A stretch of DNA of 64,000 bases from a virus, in IMG/VR virus record IMGVR_UViG_3300044971_004534. One strand, given 5' to 3'. A model generated the notes under the pieces. The model was not told the origin of the DNA. It was given only the letters and a program-made list of their open reading frames with translations, and searched no databases. Below, in pieces: positions 8,501-16,318 of this stretch (position 1 is the stretch's first letter; every line of letters begins with the position of its first letter). The translations under genes were made by a program, and so were the position numbers.

Positions 8501-11488
8501 AACAGTTATTTTGGTTCTTATGATGTATTTCCCTTAAGTACACCTGCTTGGCCAGGCGATCCTGACATAGATGCAAATTTGACTTTAAATATTGGATTAG
8601 GAGGTACGGGTGCTGCTACCAATACTGGCTTTAGTGTTATAAAGACAATAAACATTGGAGGTAGTACTGGTACAGGAAATACTACTCTTATTAATATTGG
8701 ATCAGCAACTGGAACTTCGAATAATTTAACGGTAGTTCATGGAAATATGACTACTACTGGAAGTGTTGTAACTAGAAATTTGACAGTCCTTGGCGGCACT
8801 GTGACCAGTACTGCTACTACGTTTAATCTTCTCAATACCACTGTTACCAATGCAAACGTTCTCGGCGCTGCTAATACTATAGTTCTGGGTGGCACAGGTG
8901 GGACTGCTACAATTCGTAATGCTGGTACAAATATCAACGGTACTCTTACCGTTACAGGCGTCTCAGTGCATCAGGGTGCTGGAGTATTTAATAGCACTCT
9001 TACTGTTACAGGTGTAACAACATTACAAGGTGCTTCTACATTACAGGGTGCTGTAAACATGAACAGTACTTTGAACGTGACAAGTAGCGCTACTTTCTTA
9101 AGTATGACTGCAAAAGAAAATGCCAGCAATACGCGAATTTCAGCTAGTGTAAATAGTATACAGGGTTATTTTTCAAGTGAATCTAATCCAAGATTTGAAA
9201 TAAATCGCGACATGCTTTCTAGTGGTCAGGCTGGTATCGGTTTCAACGATACATCTGGAACAATTGCTGCATCCGGTGGAGCTATTGGAGTACCAATTAC
9301 TAGAGTGCTTGGATTATATACTAGCAACGGTTCATCTTTGGTGCAAAGAATGGCTATTGATCCAAATGGTGCAGTTAATATGCATGGCACTCTCACCGTC
9401 ACGGGTGCCTCAGTGCATCAGGGTGCTGGACACTTTAATAGCACACTTTCTGTAACTGGTACTTCTGCACTTATTGGAGACGTTACCGCAAGTGGAGACA
9501 TTGCTGTAAATGGTGGAGACATTACTTCTACTGCTACTACATTTAATCTTCTGAATTCTACAGTTACTGGTCTTAACATAGGTGGCGCATCTAATACGGT
9601 CATTCTGGGTGGCACAGGTGGCTCTGCAACTATAAGAAATGCTACAACTGCAATAAATGGCATTCTTACCGTAACTGGGGCTTCTACTTTTACTGGTGTG
9701 CTTAGTGCAACAACAATCACTTCTACGGATCTGTTATTAAGAACAGTTGGTGGAGACGAAGGCGGTCAACTTGAGCTGGGAACAGCTGCGACAAACTCTA
9801 CCCTGACTGGTGGCGCTGTTGTAATTGACGTATATCAAAATAAAGTTCGTTTCTTTGAAAAAGGAGCAGCATCTAGAGGATATTATATTGACATATCAGG
9901 TGGCGCAGCTGGCGCTGGTACAAATCTTGTGGGCGGCGGTGGTGGCACTCCAGGTGGCTCTACAACTCAAGTTCAATACAATAATGGTGGTGCATTTGCT
10001 GGCTCTGGAAACTTTACTTTTGATGGTTCAGGTATTAATGTAAATGGATTAATTTCCTCTGGACTTGGCATAACTACCACAGCGACTACTTTTAATTTTA
10101 TCACGAATACGGCATCAACTATAAATATAGGCACAACTTCTGGTAGTACTATTTCTATAGGAAGTGCAAGCGGTACCACTACAATTCGTAATGCTGGTAC
10201 AAATATTAATGGCACTTTTACTGTTACCGGTGTTTCTACTTTGCAAGGTGCTTCTACGCTACAGGGTGCTGTAAACATGAACAGTACTCTTACTGTCACA
10301 GGTGTCTCAGTCCATCAGGGTGCTGGACACTTTAATAGCACTTTAACTGTGAGCGGAGCTACGCAAATAGTATCTTCTGCTACTGGTACTGCCCCGTTTA
10401 CTATAACAGCGCCCTCTTTAGTTGATGGTGTTGGTGCATTAAGAATAAATGGATCGGAACCAGACATAAATCTTAATGATACTGATGGTGGATTTAATAC
10501 AATCACATTTGAAAATAACAGTAATGCTAGGGCGGCAATTGGAAGAGATTCTAATAATGCTTTTTATGTTGCCGTAAGAGATCCTTCTGTTGCTGGTGGT
10601 ACATGGAAGGGTGATGTGATTGTAGCAAATTCTTCTACTGGCAATGTTAATTTAGGATACAATTTAACTGTTACAGGTGCTACGGTTCTACAGGGTGCTG
10701 TAAGCATGAACAGTGCCCTTACTGTCACAGGTGGTACAGCTCTTATAGGAGGTATTTCTGGTAATTTAGGTGTTCAAGGAAATATATCATTGGGTACTGG
10801 CACTATTTCTAGCAGCTCTTCTACTATCGCTAATATTTTTAATTCAACTGTTACTAGTATATCTATAGGTGATGCTGCTAATGTTATAAACATAGGTTCT
10901 ACAAATGCAAATATTAATCTTGGTGGTGGTATCGTTGGCGCAACGGTAACTATGAATGGCGATTTAGTACAGAATGGTGATTCTGTAAGTTTATTTGGCG
11001 GTAACATGAGCGGACTTTTTACAAATACCAAGTCTGGAGTATTTACAGTTTTTACTGTATCTACTGGAGACTTATTTGCTATTGAGCCAGATCCTGCATC
11101 GTTAGGTCTTGAATTCGTTTTTGGTGGTGTCAGCAATACTTTTATAGGAGACTACAGTGCTCAGGGGAATAGCACTTATATTAAAGTAGATGATCAGAAT
11201 AACGTCATCAATTTTAATGCTCCGATTGGTTCAAATTTCGGCACTGTTATTACGAGTAACGATCACTTTGGAGTAAACTTACAAAAAGAAATCAGATTTT
11301 ATGATTTAGATAGCAGCAATTACGTAGGGTTTAAGTCTCCAGCAACAGTCACTGCAAATAATATATGGATATTGCCAGCTCAAGACGGCGCTGCTGGTCA
11401 ATTGTTAACAACTGACGGAGCCGATAACTTAACGTGGACAACGCCGCCTGCGTTAGATTTATTCTTATTCTCACAAGGTATTATTTAA
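5597..11488 (+). CDS. giant repeat-containing tail fibre/adhesin-like protein (1963 aa)
   Basis: Starts 1 nt after the upstream stop. The N-terminus is fibre-type: ISIIPNRSLTGQPQIIFTGQGNDPITLKV...LSFEGSAGQLLSITDSL...FSVNDISGIPSIDVNADGTV. It has about 11 copies of the same cassette as fibre 1, separated by unique inserts. C-terminal module: EIRFYDLDSSNYVGFKSPATVTANNIWILPAQDGAAGQLLTTDGADNLTW. Confidence 0.88.
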   Translation: MADSDKNISIIPNRSLTGQPQIIFTGQGNDPITLKVLDSTIGSLSFEGSAGQLLSITDSLSSGSIFSVNDISGIPSIDVNADGTVALAPYSGNVAVGVTSASYKLHVNGTFYANSAATFNGNIILSNGNIQTTTSIFNFVTNTASTINIGTTSGSSVNIASTTGSTTINNSAIVTGNMTVNGGTVTSAATTFNLLNTTVTNANVLGSADTVVIGSANGTTTIRNAGTRVNGTLTVTGASTLQGAVNANSTLTVTGATTLQGASTLQGAVNMNSTLTVTGVSVHQGAGAFNSTLSVTGAATFVDDIAVNGGDITSTATTFNLLNATVTGLNIGGGANTVLLGGTGGTTTIRNAGTNINGTLTVTGVTTLQGASTLQGAVNANSTLTVTGATVLQGAVSLNNNLTVTGATTLQGTLGVLGNTISSASTTFNLLNTTVTNANVLGAADTVVLGSAGGSTTIRNASTRVNGTLTVTGVSVHQGAGAFNSTLSVTGAATFVDDIAVNGGDITSTATTFNLLNSTVTGLNIGGAANTVNIGSSSAIINLGTGTTGSTVNVKGNLVVDGATTTVNSTTVTIDDLNIVLADGQTTTSAVNGAGITLGSTGISWQYNTTGNNWESTENISIASGDTYKVANVTVLSATALGSTVTDSALTRVNSSNLTLTGDLEVAGGDITSTATTFNLLNATVTGLNIGGAANTIVLGGTGGAATIRNAGTNINGTLTVTGVSVHQGAGVFNSTLTVTGVSTLQGASTLQGAVNANSTLTVTGSTTLQGASTLQGAVNANNTLTVTGVTTLQGASTLQGAVNMNNTLTVTGVSVHQGAGHFNSTLSVTGTSSLIGNVTASGDIAVNGGDITSTATTFNLLNSTVTNANVLGAANTILLGGTGGKTTIRNASTAVHGSFTVSGVASIFGGELGIGSTASSYASIYIPEQIYPNGFRIHDTANDSSSLAIGFYQDVGPFPSSGYMTIGNSYFGSYDVFPLSTPAWPGDPDIDANLTLNIGLGGTGAATNTGFSVIKTINIGGSTGTGNTTLINIGSATGTSNNLTVVHGNMTTTGSVVTRNLTVLGGTVTSTATTFNLLNTTVTNANVLGAANTIVLGGTGGTATIRNAGTNINGTLTVTGVSVHQGAGVFNSTLTVTGVTTLQGASTLQGAVNMNSTLNVTSSATFLSMTAKENASNTRISASVNSIQGYFSSESNPRFEINRDMLSSGQAGIGFNDTSGTIAASGGAIGVPITRVLGLYTSNGSSLVQRMAIDPNGAVNMHGTLTVTGASVHQGAGHFNSTLSVTGTSALIGDVTASGDIAVNGGDITSTATTFNLLNSTVTGLNIGGASNTVILGGTGGSATIRNATTAINGILTVTGASTFTGVLSATTITSTDLLLRTVGGDEGGQLELGTAATNSTLTGGAVVIDVYQNKVRFFEKGAASRGYYIDISGGAAGAGTNLVGGGGGTPGGSTTQVQYNNGGAFAGSGNFTFDGSGINVNGLISSGLGITTTATTFNFITNTASTINIGTTSGSTISIGSASGTTTIRNAGTNINGTFTVTGVSTLQGASTLQGAVNMNSTLTVTGVSVHQGAGHFNSTLTVSGATQIVSSATGTAPFTITAPSLVDGVGALRINGSEPDINLNDTDGGFNTITFENNSNARAAIGRDSNNAFYVAVRDPSVAGGTWKGDVIVANSSTGNVNLGYNLTVTGATVLQGAVSMNSALTVTGGTALIGGISGNLGVQGNISLGTGTISSSSSTIANIFNSTVTSISIGDAANVINIGSTNANINLGGGIVGATVTMNGDLVQNGDSVSLFGGNMSGLFTNTKSGVFTVFTVSTGDLFAIEPDPASLGLEFVFGGVSNTFIGDYSAQGNSTYIKVDDQNNVINFNAPIGSNFGTVITSNDHFGVNLQKEIRFYDLDSSNYVGFKSPATVTANNIWILPAQDGAAGQLLTTDGADNLTWTTPPALDLFLFSQGII
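5990..10350. repeat. in-frame degenerate coding repeats of fibre gene 2
   Basis: The motif ...TLTVTG(V/A)(S/T)xLQGA...VSVHQGAG(A/H/V)FNSTL(S/T)VTG...AVNGGDITSTATTFNLLN... recurs throughout. Nt 6449-6534 are identical to 7031-7116 (86 nt, checked by eye). Confidence 0.9.
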
Positions 11489-11503
11489 TAGGAGGTTATA
11501 TTT

Positions 11504-11887
11504 ATGGCAACTACTGCACAATACACAGCACAGCCACTAGTAGAATGTACTACTACTGTTAGTGCTGGTTCTACAACAATTTCAACTGCCTTGTCTACAA
11601 CTGCTGCTGCAGGTGTCGGTAAGCGTATTTTAAGAGTTTATTCCACAATTACTGGAACAAACACGGCTGGCAAATTAGGCTTGTATATTACTGCTAGCTC
11701 AAACGATTTTTTAATTGCAGAAAGAGCCGTTGCCGCAAATACTGTTAGCGCAACCGCTGCCGCTCTTCGTGTTGAATTCCCAGAAGCTGTTGGTTTAGTT
11801 TTACCAGGAGGTAGCACAACATCATTAAAATTAGTGAACGGCGTAAACGTCACTGTGAATAATGTTGTTGAGAGTGGACTTCTATGA
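11504..11887 (+). CDS. hypothetical Ala/Thr-rich protein (127 aa)
   Basis: Strong SD (TAGGAGG) 8 nt upstream of the ATG. ATGA overlap with the downstream glycine-rich gene. No motif recognised. Confidence 0.75.
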   Translation: MATTAQYTAQPLVECTTTVSAGSTTISTALSTTAAAGVGKRILRVYSTITGTNTAGKLGLYITASSNDFLIAERAVAANTVSATAAALRVEFPEAVGLVLPGGSTTSLKLVNGVNVTVNNVVESGLL

Positions 11888-12780
11888 ATCATGGATTTTA
11901 TGGATTTCCAAGTAAATTAAATTTATCAGAAAATCAAATTGAACAATTTGATTCCAGCGGTGCTTACCAAATATTGCCTGGAACAAAAAAGCTGTACATT
12001 TTTGCTGTCGGCGGCGGCGGTGGTGGTGGAGGTGGTGCTAGGCAATCTGGTAACGCGTATGGCGGCGGTGGTGGAGGAGGAGGAGTCATAGTTTTAAAAG
12101 AATTTTATGTTTCTGATTTAGGAGGTCCTGGTCAAACTCTCTTTATCACCATAGGTGCTGGAGGAAATGCTGGCATTGCTGCCACAGGAGACTCGTCTAA
12201 CGGAGGGAACGGCGGTGCTGGTGGCGCAACTTCGATCAGTATTGCAGGAAAACCTGGTATTTTAATTTATTGTCCTGGTGGAAATCTTGGTTCTGGTGGA
12301 ACTGGTGCTGCAGGCACTGCTGGTTCTGGACAAGCATGTTTTATTGATAATTATAGCGTTACTGGTGGCGCTGGCGGAAGCTCTGGTGGTGGAGTAACTG
12401 TAATCGCAGTATATAGTCATGGAGGTGCTGGTGGTGGTTTTAAAATAGGATCTGGTTTTACTGGAGGAGCTATTACATTACAAACTACGACAGTTTCAGG
12501 CATTATGTCATCTTTAACTGCTAGAGCTAGTAATATTTATGCTGGTGGAACTGCAGATTCTGCAACAAAACCTTTTGATTCGTATCAGCATATTCTAGGT
12601 ATTATGTCTCCTGGATTTGGTGGTCCAGGAGGTGGGGCTGGTACTGTTGCTTCAAATGCTGGTGGCAATGGCTTCCGTGGTAGTGGCGGTGGCGGTGGCG
12701 GTGGTTCTCAAAATGGTGTTGCAGCAAGTGCTGGTGGTCGTGGTGGTGATGGTTATGTTGCTATATTAGCGATATATTAA
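11884..12780 (+). CDS. glycine-rich protein, paralogue 1 (candidate polyglycine-II adhesin)
   Basis: About one third Gly. Conserved N-terminus MNHGFYGFP...FDSSGAYQILPG..LYIFAVGGGGGGGGG and C-terminus GGNGFRGSGGGGGGG...GGRGGDGYVAILAIY. The layout resembles the Pfam Gly_rich family and gp38-type adhesins. Confidence 0.8.
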   Translation: MNHGFYGFPSKLNLSENQIEQFDSSGAYQILPGTKKLYIFAVGGGGGGGGGARQSGNAYGGGGGGGGVIVLKEFYVSDLGGPGQTLFITIGAGGNAGIAATGDSSNGGNGGAGGATSISIAGKPGILIYCPGGNLGSGGTGAAGTAGSGQACFIDNYSVTGGAGGSSGGGVTVIAVYSHGGAGGGFKIGSGFTGGAITLQTTTVSGIMSSLTARASNIYAGGTADSATKPFDSYQHILGIMSPGFGGPGGGAGTVASNAGGNGFRGSGGGGGGGSQNGVAASAGGRGGDGYVAILAIY

Positions 12781-12794
12781 TATGGAGGTTTATT

Positions 12795-12980
12795 ATGAGA
12801 TGGGCAATTATTAATTTAGAAAATAACATAGTAGAAAATGTAATAATTTGGGATGGAAATGGTCAAATATATCCTTTTGACGCTGCTCAATTGATTCAAC
12901 TGCAAGAAGATGAGCGATGTGAAATGGGTTCTCTTTATGATCCGAATTCTTCTCCAAGATTTATAGAACAACAGGTATGA
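12795..12980 (+). CDS. small hypothetical protein (61 aa)
   Basis: SD GGAGG 7 nt upstream. ATGA overlap with the next glycine-rich gene. Confidence 0.65.
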   Translation: MRWAIINLENNIVENVIIWDGNGQIYPFDAAQLIQLQEDERCEMGSLYDPNSSPRFIEQQV

Positions 12981-13915
12981 ATCAAGGTTTTTTTAGTACA
13001 TTCCCTGCAAACACTTTGCAAAATATTCAGTTGCAAGATGTAGCGCTTTTTGACTCCAGTGGTGCTTATCTAATTCGGCCAGGAGTCAGGATGCTTTTTA
13101 TTTACTTAGTTGGCGGTGGCGGTGGCGGTGGCGGTGGCGGTCGTTATGCTTCTGGAACAACTGCTTTTGGCGGCGGCGGCGGTGGTGCTGGGGCTGGCAT
13201 GTATGCTTATTTTTTGACCGAAGATTTGGGTGGCCCAAATACTCTTTTGTATATCACTATTGGTGCTGGAGGCACAAGCGGTGCAACTGCTACTGGTGAC
13301 GGAACTGCCGGAGGTAACGGAGGCAGTGGTAATCCTACGTCTATTACGATAAATGGATGGCCAGGAACTTTAATGTCTGCTCTTGGCGGCGGTGGTGGTT
13401 TTGGTGGTGCTACTGGTGGTGGTGCGGCTGGTGGAACAACTCCAAATTCTTTTTATGGGTGGTTGCAACCAGTTTCAAATCCTGGTGCTGGTGGAGGCTC
13501 AACTGGCAATGGAGCTAGCGTTACTGCTGGTAGTATACTCAGCGGCCATGCGGGAGCTGGTGGTGGAGGCAAGAATGGAGCTGGCACCATATACAGTGGT
13601 GGTTCTATAGTTAATCCTGGCGCTACGACTGGCGGCTTTGCTAACCCAAATTTTGCTCGTGCTTCAAATATACTTGCAGGAGGAGGAACTGGTACTGCTG
13701 GTGCAACAAACTTGCAATATCATTTGTCTGGTGTTTTCAGTGGAGGATTGGGTGGCGCAGGTGGTGGTGGAGCAACTGCAGCAGCGGGCGGTGCAGGTGG
13801 CAATGGCTTTCGCGGCGGTGGCGGTGGTGGCGGTGGTGGGTGTCAAAACGGTTTTTCTTCTGGTATTGGAGGTCGTGGCGGGAATGGCTACGTTGCAATT
13901 TGGGCGATAAGGTGA
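12977..13915 (+). CDS. glycine-rich protein, paralogue 2
   Basis: MNQGFFSTFP...FDSSGAYLIRPG..LFIYLVGGGGGGGGGGR...GGNGFRGGGGGGGGG...GGRGGNGYVAIWAIR. Collinear with paralogues 1 and 3. Confidence 0.8.
   Translation: MNQGFFSTFPANTLQNIQLQDVALFDSSGAYLIRPGVRMLFIYLVGGGGGGGGGGRYASGTTAFGGGGGGAGAGMYAYFLTEDLGGPNTLLYITIGAGGTSGATATGDGTAGGNGGSGNPTSITINGWPGTLMSALGGGGGFGGATGGGAAGGTTPNSFYGWLQPVSNPGAGGGSTGNGASVTAGSILSGHAGAGGGGKNGAGTIYSGGSIVNPGATTGGFANPNFARASNILAGGGTGTAGATNLQYHLSGVFSGGLGGAGGGGATAAAGGAGGNGFRGGGGGGGGGCQNGFSSGIGGRGGNGYVAIWAIR
13112..13141. repeat. perfect (GGCGGT)x5 hexanucleotide tract encoding poly-Gly
   Basis: Read directly from the sequence. Similar imperfect GGY tracts occur near 12008-12045, 12677-12705, 13812-13840, 14046-14070 and 14803-14830. 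Confidence 0.9.
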
Positions 13916-13918
13916 TTT

Positions 13919-14902
13919 ATGAATAATGGATTTTTTAGTTTTCCTGGAATAGTTGATACTCGTTTCATTGAAGCTGTTCAGTTTGATACAACTGGAATAT
14001 ATTATATTCCGGCAAAAGCGCGGACTCTTTTAATATATGCTATTGGTGGCGGTGGCGGTGGTGGTGGTGGATTTCGTGGTGCTTCTCTTGGAAATGCTGC
14101 TGGCGGCGGTGGTGGCAGTGGTGGGAGCTGGACTTTGTATAGATTATTTTTAGATGAATTTAGAAATTTTTCAGGCAACAATGCTTCTAGTGCATATAGT
14201 TTTTCAGCTTTGCAAATAGCTATTGGTGCAGGTGGTGGTGGAGGAAACGGCTCCGCGTCTGACGGTGGTGCGGCAACAGCTGGTTCAACGGGTGGTACTA
14301 CAACAGTTTCTTTTTTATCTTCTCGTGGAAATATAGTTTTTGTAATTGGGGGGCTTGGTGGTGGCGCAGGCACTGCTACTGCTCCAGCTGGTGGTGCAGC
14401 TAGAATAGCAGCAACGTGGGGATATCATACCGTAAGTGCAATGGGCGGCGTTGGAGGATCTGGGGCTACTTCTAAGCCCTCCAACGTATCTGTTGGTCAT
14501 CCTCAACAAACTCAAATTTTATGGAATGGCGGTGGGGGTGGTGGTGGATTTATAAATTCTAGCGGATTAGCTGCTGCGGGAGCTGATATTACTTTGTACA
14601 ACGCAGCAGTATTTACTACTTTTGGAACTCCTGGACTCGCTAGATCTACAACAATTGCTACTGGAGGGACAAATGCTGGAGTGGCTGGTCAAAATGCTCC
14701 ATTTTTTAACATTTGTGGTAAGCTTTCTCCTGGCTTTGGCGGCGCAGGAGGTGGAGGGGCCGCACTTGGTAGTGCTTCAAATGGAGGTAGAGGTTATCGT
14801 GGCGGTGGCGGTGGTGGAGGAGGCGGTTCAAAGTCTGGAGTTACTGCTGGAAATGGAGCTACAGGCGGCAACGGTTATGTATGCATTGTAGCTTTTGAAT
14901 AA
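13919..14902 (+). CDS. glycine-rich protein, paralogue 3
   Basis: MNNGFFSFPG...FDTTGIYYIPA..LLIYAIGGGGGGGGG...GGRGYRGGGGGGGGG...GGNGYVCIVAFE. Confidence 0.8.
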   Translation: MNNGFFSFPGIVDTRFIEAVQFDTTGIYYIPAKARTLLIYAIGGGGGGGGGFRGASLGNAAGGGGGSGGSWTLYRLFLDEFRNFSGNNASSAYSFSALQIAIGAGGGGGNGSASDGGAATAGSTGGTTTVSFLSSRGNIVFVIGGLGGGAGTATAPAGGAARIAATWGYHTVSAMGGVGGSGATSKPSNVSVGHPQQTQILWNGGGGGGGFINSSGLAAAGADITLYNAAVFTTFGTPGLARSTTIATGGTNAGVAGQNAPFFNICGKLSPGFGGAGGGGAALGSASNGGRGYRGGGGGGGGGSKSGVTAGNGATGGNGYVCIVAFE

Positions 14903-15468
14903 TGCTTAAAAAAAGTTTAAAAGATTTTTACCCTACATCTGAATCAAATGGCTATGGTCTTGAAAAGTCTTTTAAGCGTTTTAATTTTTTAAAAGGCATT
15001 GACTTTAACTCTGTTCTTGACGTTGGTTCTGGACCGTGTTTATTGCATCAATGGTTAATTAAGCACCAAAAAAATGTTGTGTATGAGGCAGTAGATATTA
15101 GAGAAGACTCTACAAAGTTGTGTAACTGTAAGACCTATACAAGCATCCCTCAAAATGGATTATATGAGCTAGTATGTTTGTTTGGAACTGTTACATTTAA
15201 TATCAACCATGATGAAAATGAAAATAAAAAAATATTAAAATTGCTTATTAGTGATTGCATTAACAAATCATCTAAATATGTAGTTTTGACCGTTTTCAAA
15301 GATTTATCAAAAAAAATATTTCCACACAGTATTAATAAGCTTCATGTACGTTTTTCTAAAGAAGAAATTTTTGAAATGTTTATACATGAAAAAATCAAAG
15401 AAGTCAAAATTCATGAAAGAGATGATTTAGATCGTGATGAATATTTTGTTATTGCTAAAGTTGATTAG
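14902..15468 (+). CDS. class I SAM-dependent methyltransferase-like protein
   Basis: TAATG overlap with the upstream gene. Motif I-like VLDVGSGPC, followed by an acidic beta-2 end (YEAVDIRED) and LVCLFGTV. Assignment is from motifs only. Confidence 0.5.
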   Translation: MLKKSLKDFYPTSESNGYGLEKSFKRFNFLKGIDFNSVLDVGSGPCLLHQWLIKHQKNVVYEAVDIREDSTKLCNCKTYTSIPQNGLYELVCLFGTVTFNINHDENENKKILKLLISDCINKSSKYVVLTVFKDLSKKIFPHSINKLHVRFSKEEIFEMFIHEKIKEVKIHERDDLDRDEYFVIAKVD

Positions 15469-15491
15469 TTTTTTGCCGATATAGTTTTACT

Positions 15492-16268
15492 ATGGCAAAA
15501 AAGAAAACAAAGAAAACGTCTCAGTCTACAGTGGAGTCAAAAGATCCTGCACAAAGAAAAGTAATGATTGCTACTCCTGCATACGATGGTAGAATCGATG
15601 CTTGGTACAATCATAGCTTGCTCTTAACTGAAAGAGCTTGTGCAAAAAATAACATCTTGATAGATCCAATTTATGTTTGTTATGATGCGCTTGTTGAAAA
15701 GGCTCGTAATGACCTTTTTGCGTATGCATACGAAAATAATTATGACGATTTGGTGTATATTGATGCAGATATATCCTGGGACCCACAACAGTTTCTGAGA
15801 CTTTTAAGTCACCCTGTTGATTTTGTTGCAGGTATTTATCCAAAGAAATCTGAGATTGAAGACTTTCCAGTTAATTTGATTGGTGAAATTTCTATTCAAA
15901 ATGGACTAATGGAGGTTGCTTCTGTCCCAACTGGATTCTTGCGTCTTAGCAAGAATGCTATAAATATATTATGGAAAGCATGTCCTCCATATACTATTAG
16001 TCAAGATCCCAAAGTGTTTAAGCATGTTTTTCAAACTGGGGTGTTAGGTGGAAGATATATTAGTGAAGACATATTAACATGTCTTAAGTGGAGAGAATTG
16101 GGAAATAAGGTTTATTTAGATCCATTTATTTCTGTTGCTCATAGTGGACATCGTACATGGCGTAATAATTTTATGGACTTCTTAAATAAAAATGCAGTAA
16201 GAAATGTTCCACAGTCTGCAGTAGCTGCACAAATTTCTCAAGTACAACAAAATTCTCAAGGACAATAA
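15492..16268 (+). CDS. putative glycosyltransferase (GT-A-like, DxD)
   Basis: VMIATPAYDGRI..., DxD-like LVYIDADISW, GIYPKK, PTGFLRLSKNAI, ISEDILTCLKWRELGNKVYLDP. The pattern resembles GT-A glycosyltransferases. Confidence 0.55.
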   Translation: MAKKKTKKTSQSTVESKDPAQRKVMIATPAYDGRIDAWYNHSLLLTERACAKNNILIDPIYVCYDALVEKARNDLFAYAYENNYDDLVYIDADISWDPQQFLRLLSHPVDFVAGIYPKKSEIEDFPVNLIGEISIQNGLMEVASVPTGFLRLSKNAINILWKACPPYTISQDPKVFKHVFQTGVLGGRYISEDILTCLKWRELGNKVYLDPFISVAHSGHRTWRNNFMDFLNKNAVRNVPQSAVAAQISQVQQNSQGQ

Positions 16269-16318
16269 AATAGTAAAAATAAAGTAGGTAAAATTATAGT
16301 TTTATTTTAAAAAACTAT

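Noticed and set aside
274-11136. Numerous minus-strand and alternative-frame ORFs (60-184 aa) inside the two fibre genes, e.g. 274-828, 1549-2040, 5986-6423, 7027-7422, 9418-9720 and 10774-11136.
   Set aside because: They are shadow ORFs. Their translations are mirror images of the repeat (V/T/P/A-rich, themselves repetitive). They lie wholly inside long, well-supported plus-strand genes and have no start context of their own.
1-11488. Whether the regular repeats could be a CRISPR array or non-coding satellite.
   Set aside because: The repeats are in frame, lie within long ORFs and are of variable spacing. They are not separated by unique spacer-like units of constant length. No cas genes were seen.
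1-11488. The very high density of N-x-S/T sequons (NST, NGT, NAT, NTT) in the fibres as evidence for N-glycosylation.
   Set aside because: The proteins are so rich in Asn, Ser and Thr that sequons are expected by composition alone. The glycosyltransferases present are not of the HMW1C/PglB types known to use this sequon. The general virion-glycosylation idea is kept as a separate hypothesis.
13383-14891. Alternative-frame and antisense ORFs within the glycine-rich genes (13383-13610, 13638-13910, 13664-13846, 14002-14373, 14315-14515, 14622-14891).
   Set aside because: GGN-rich coding DNA lacks stop codons in several frames. The products are low-complexity (poly-Pro, poly-Val/Leu, and others), consistent with a frame artefact.
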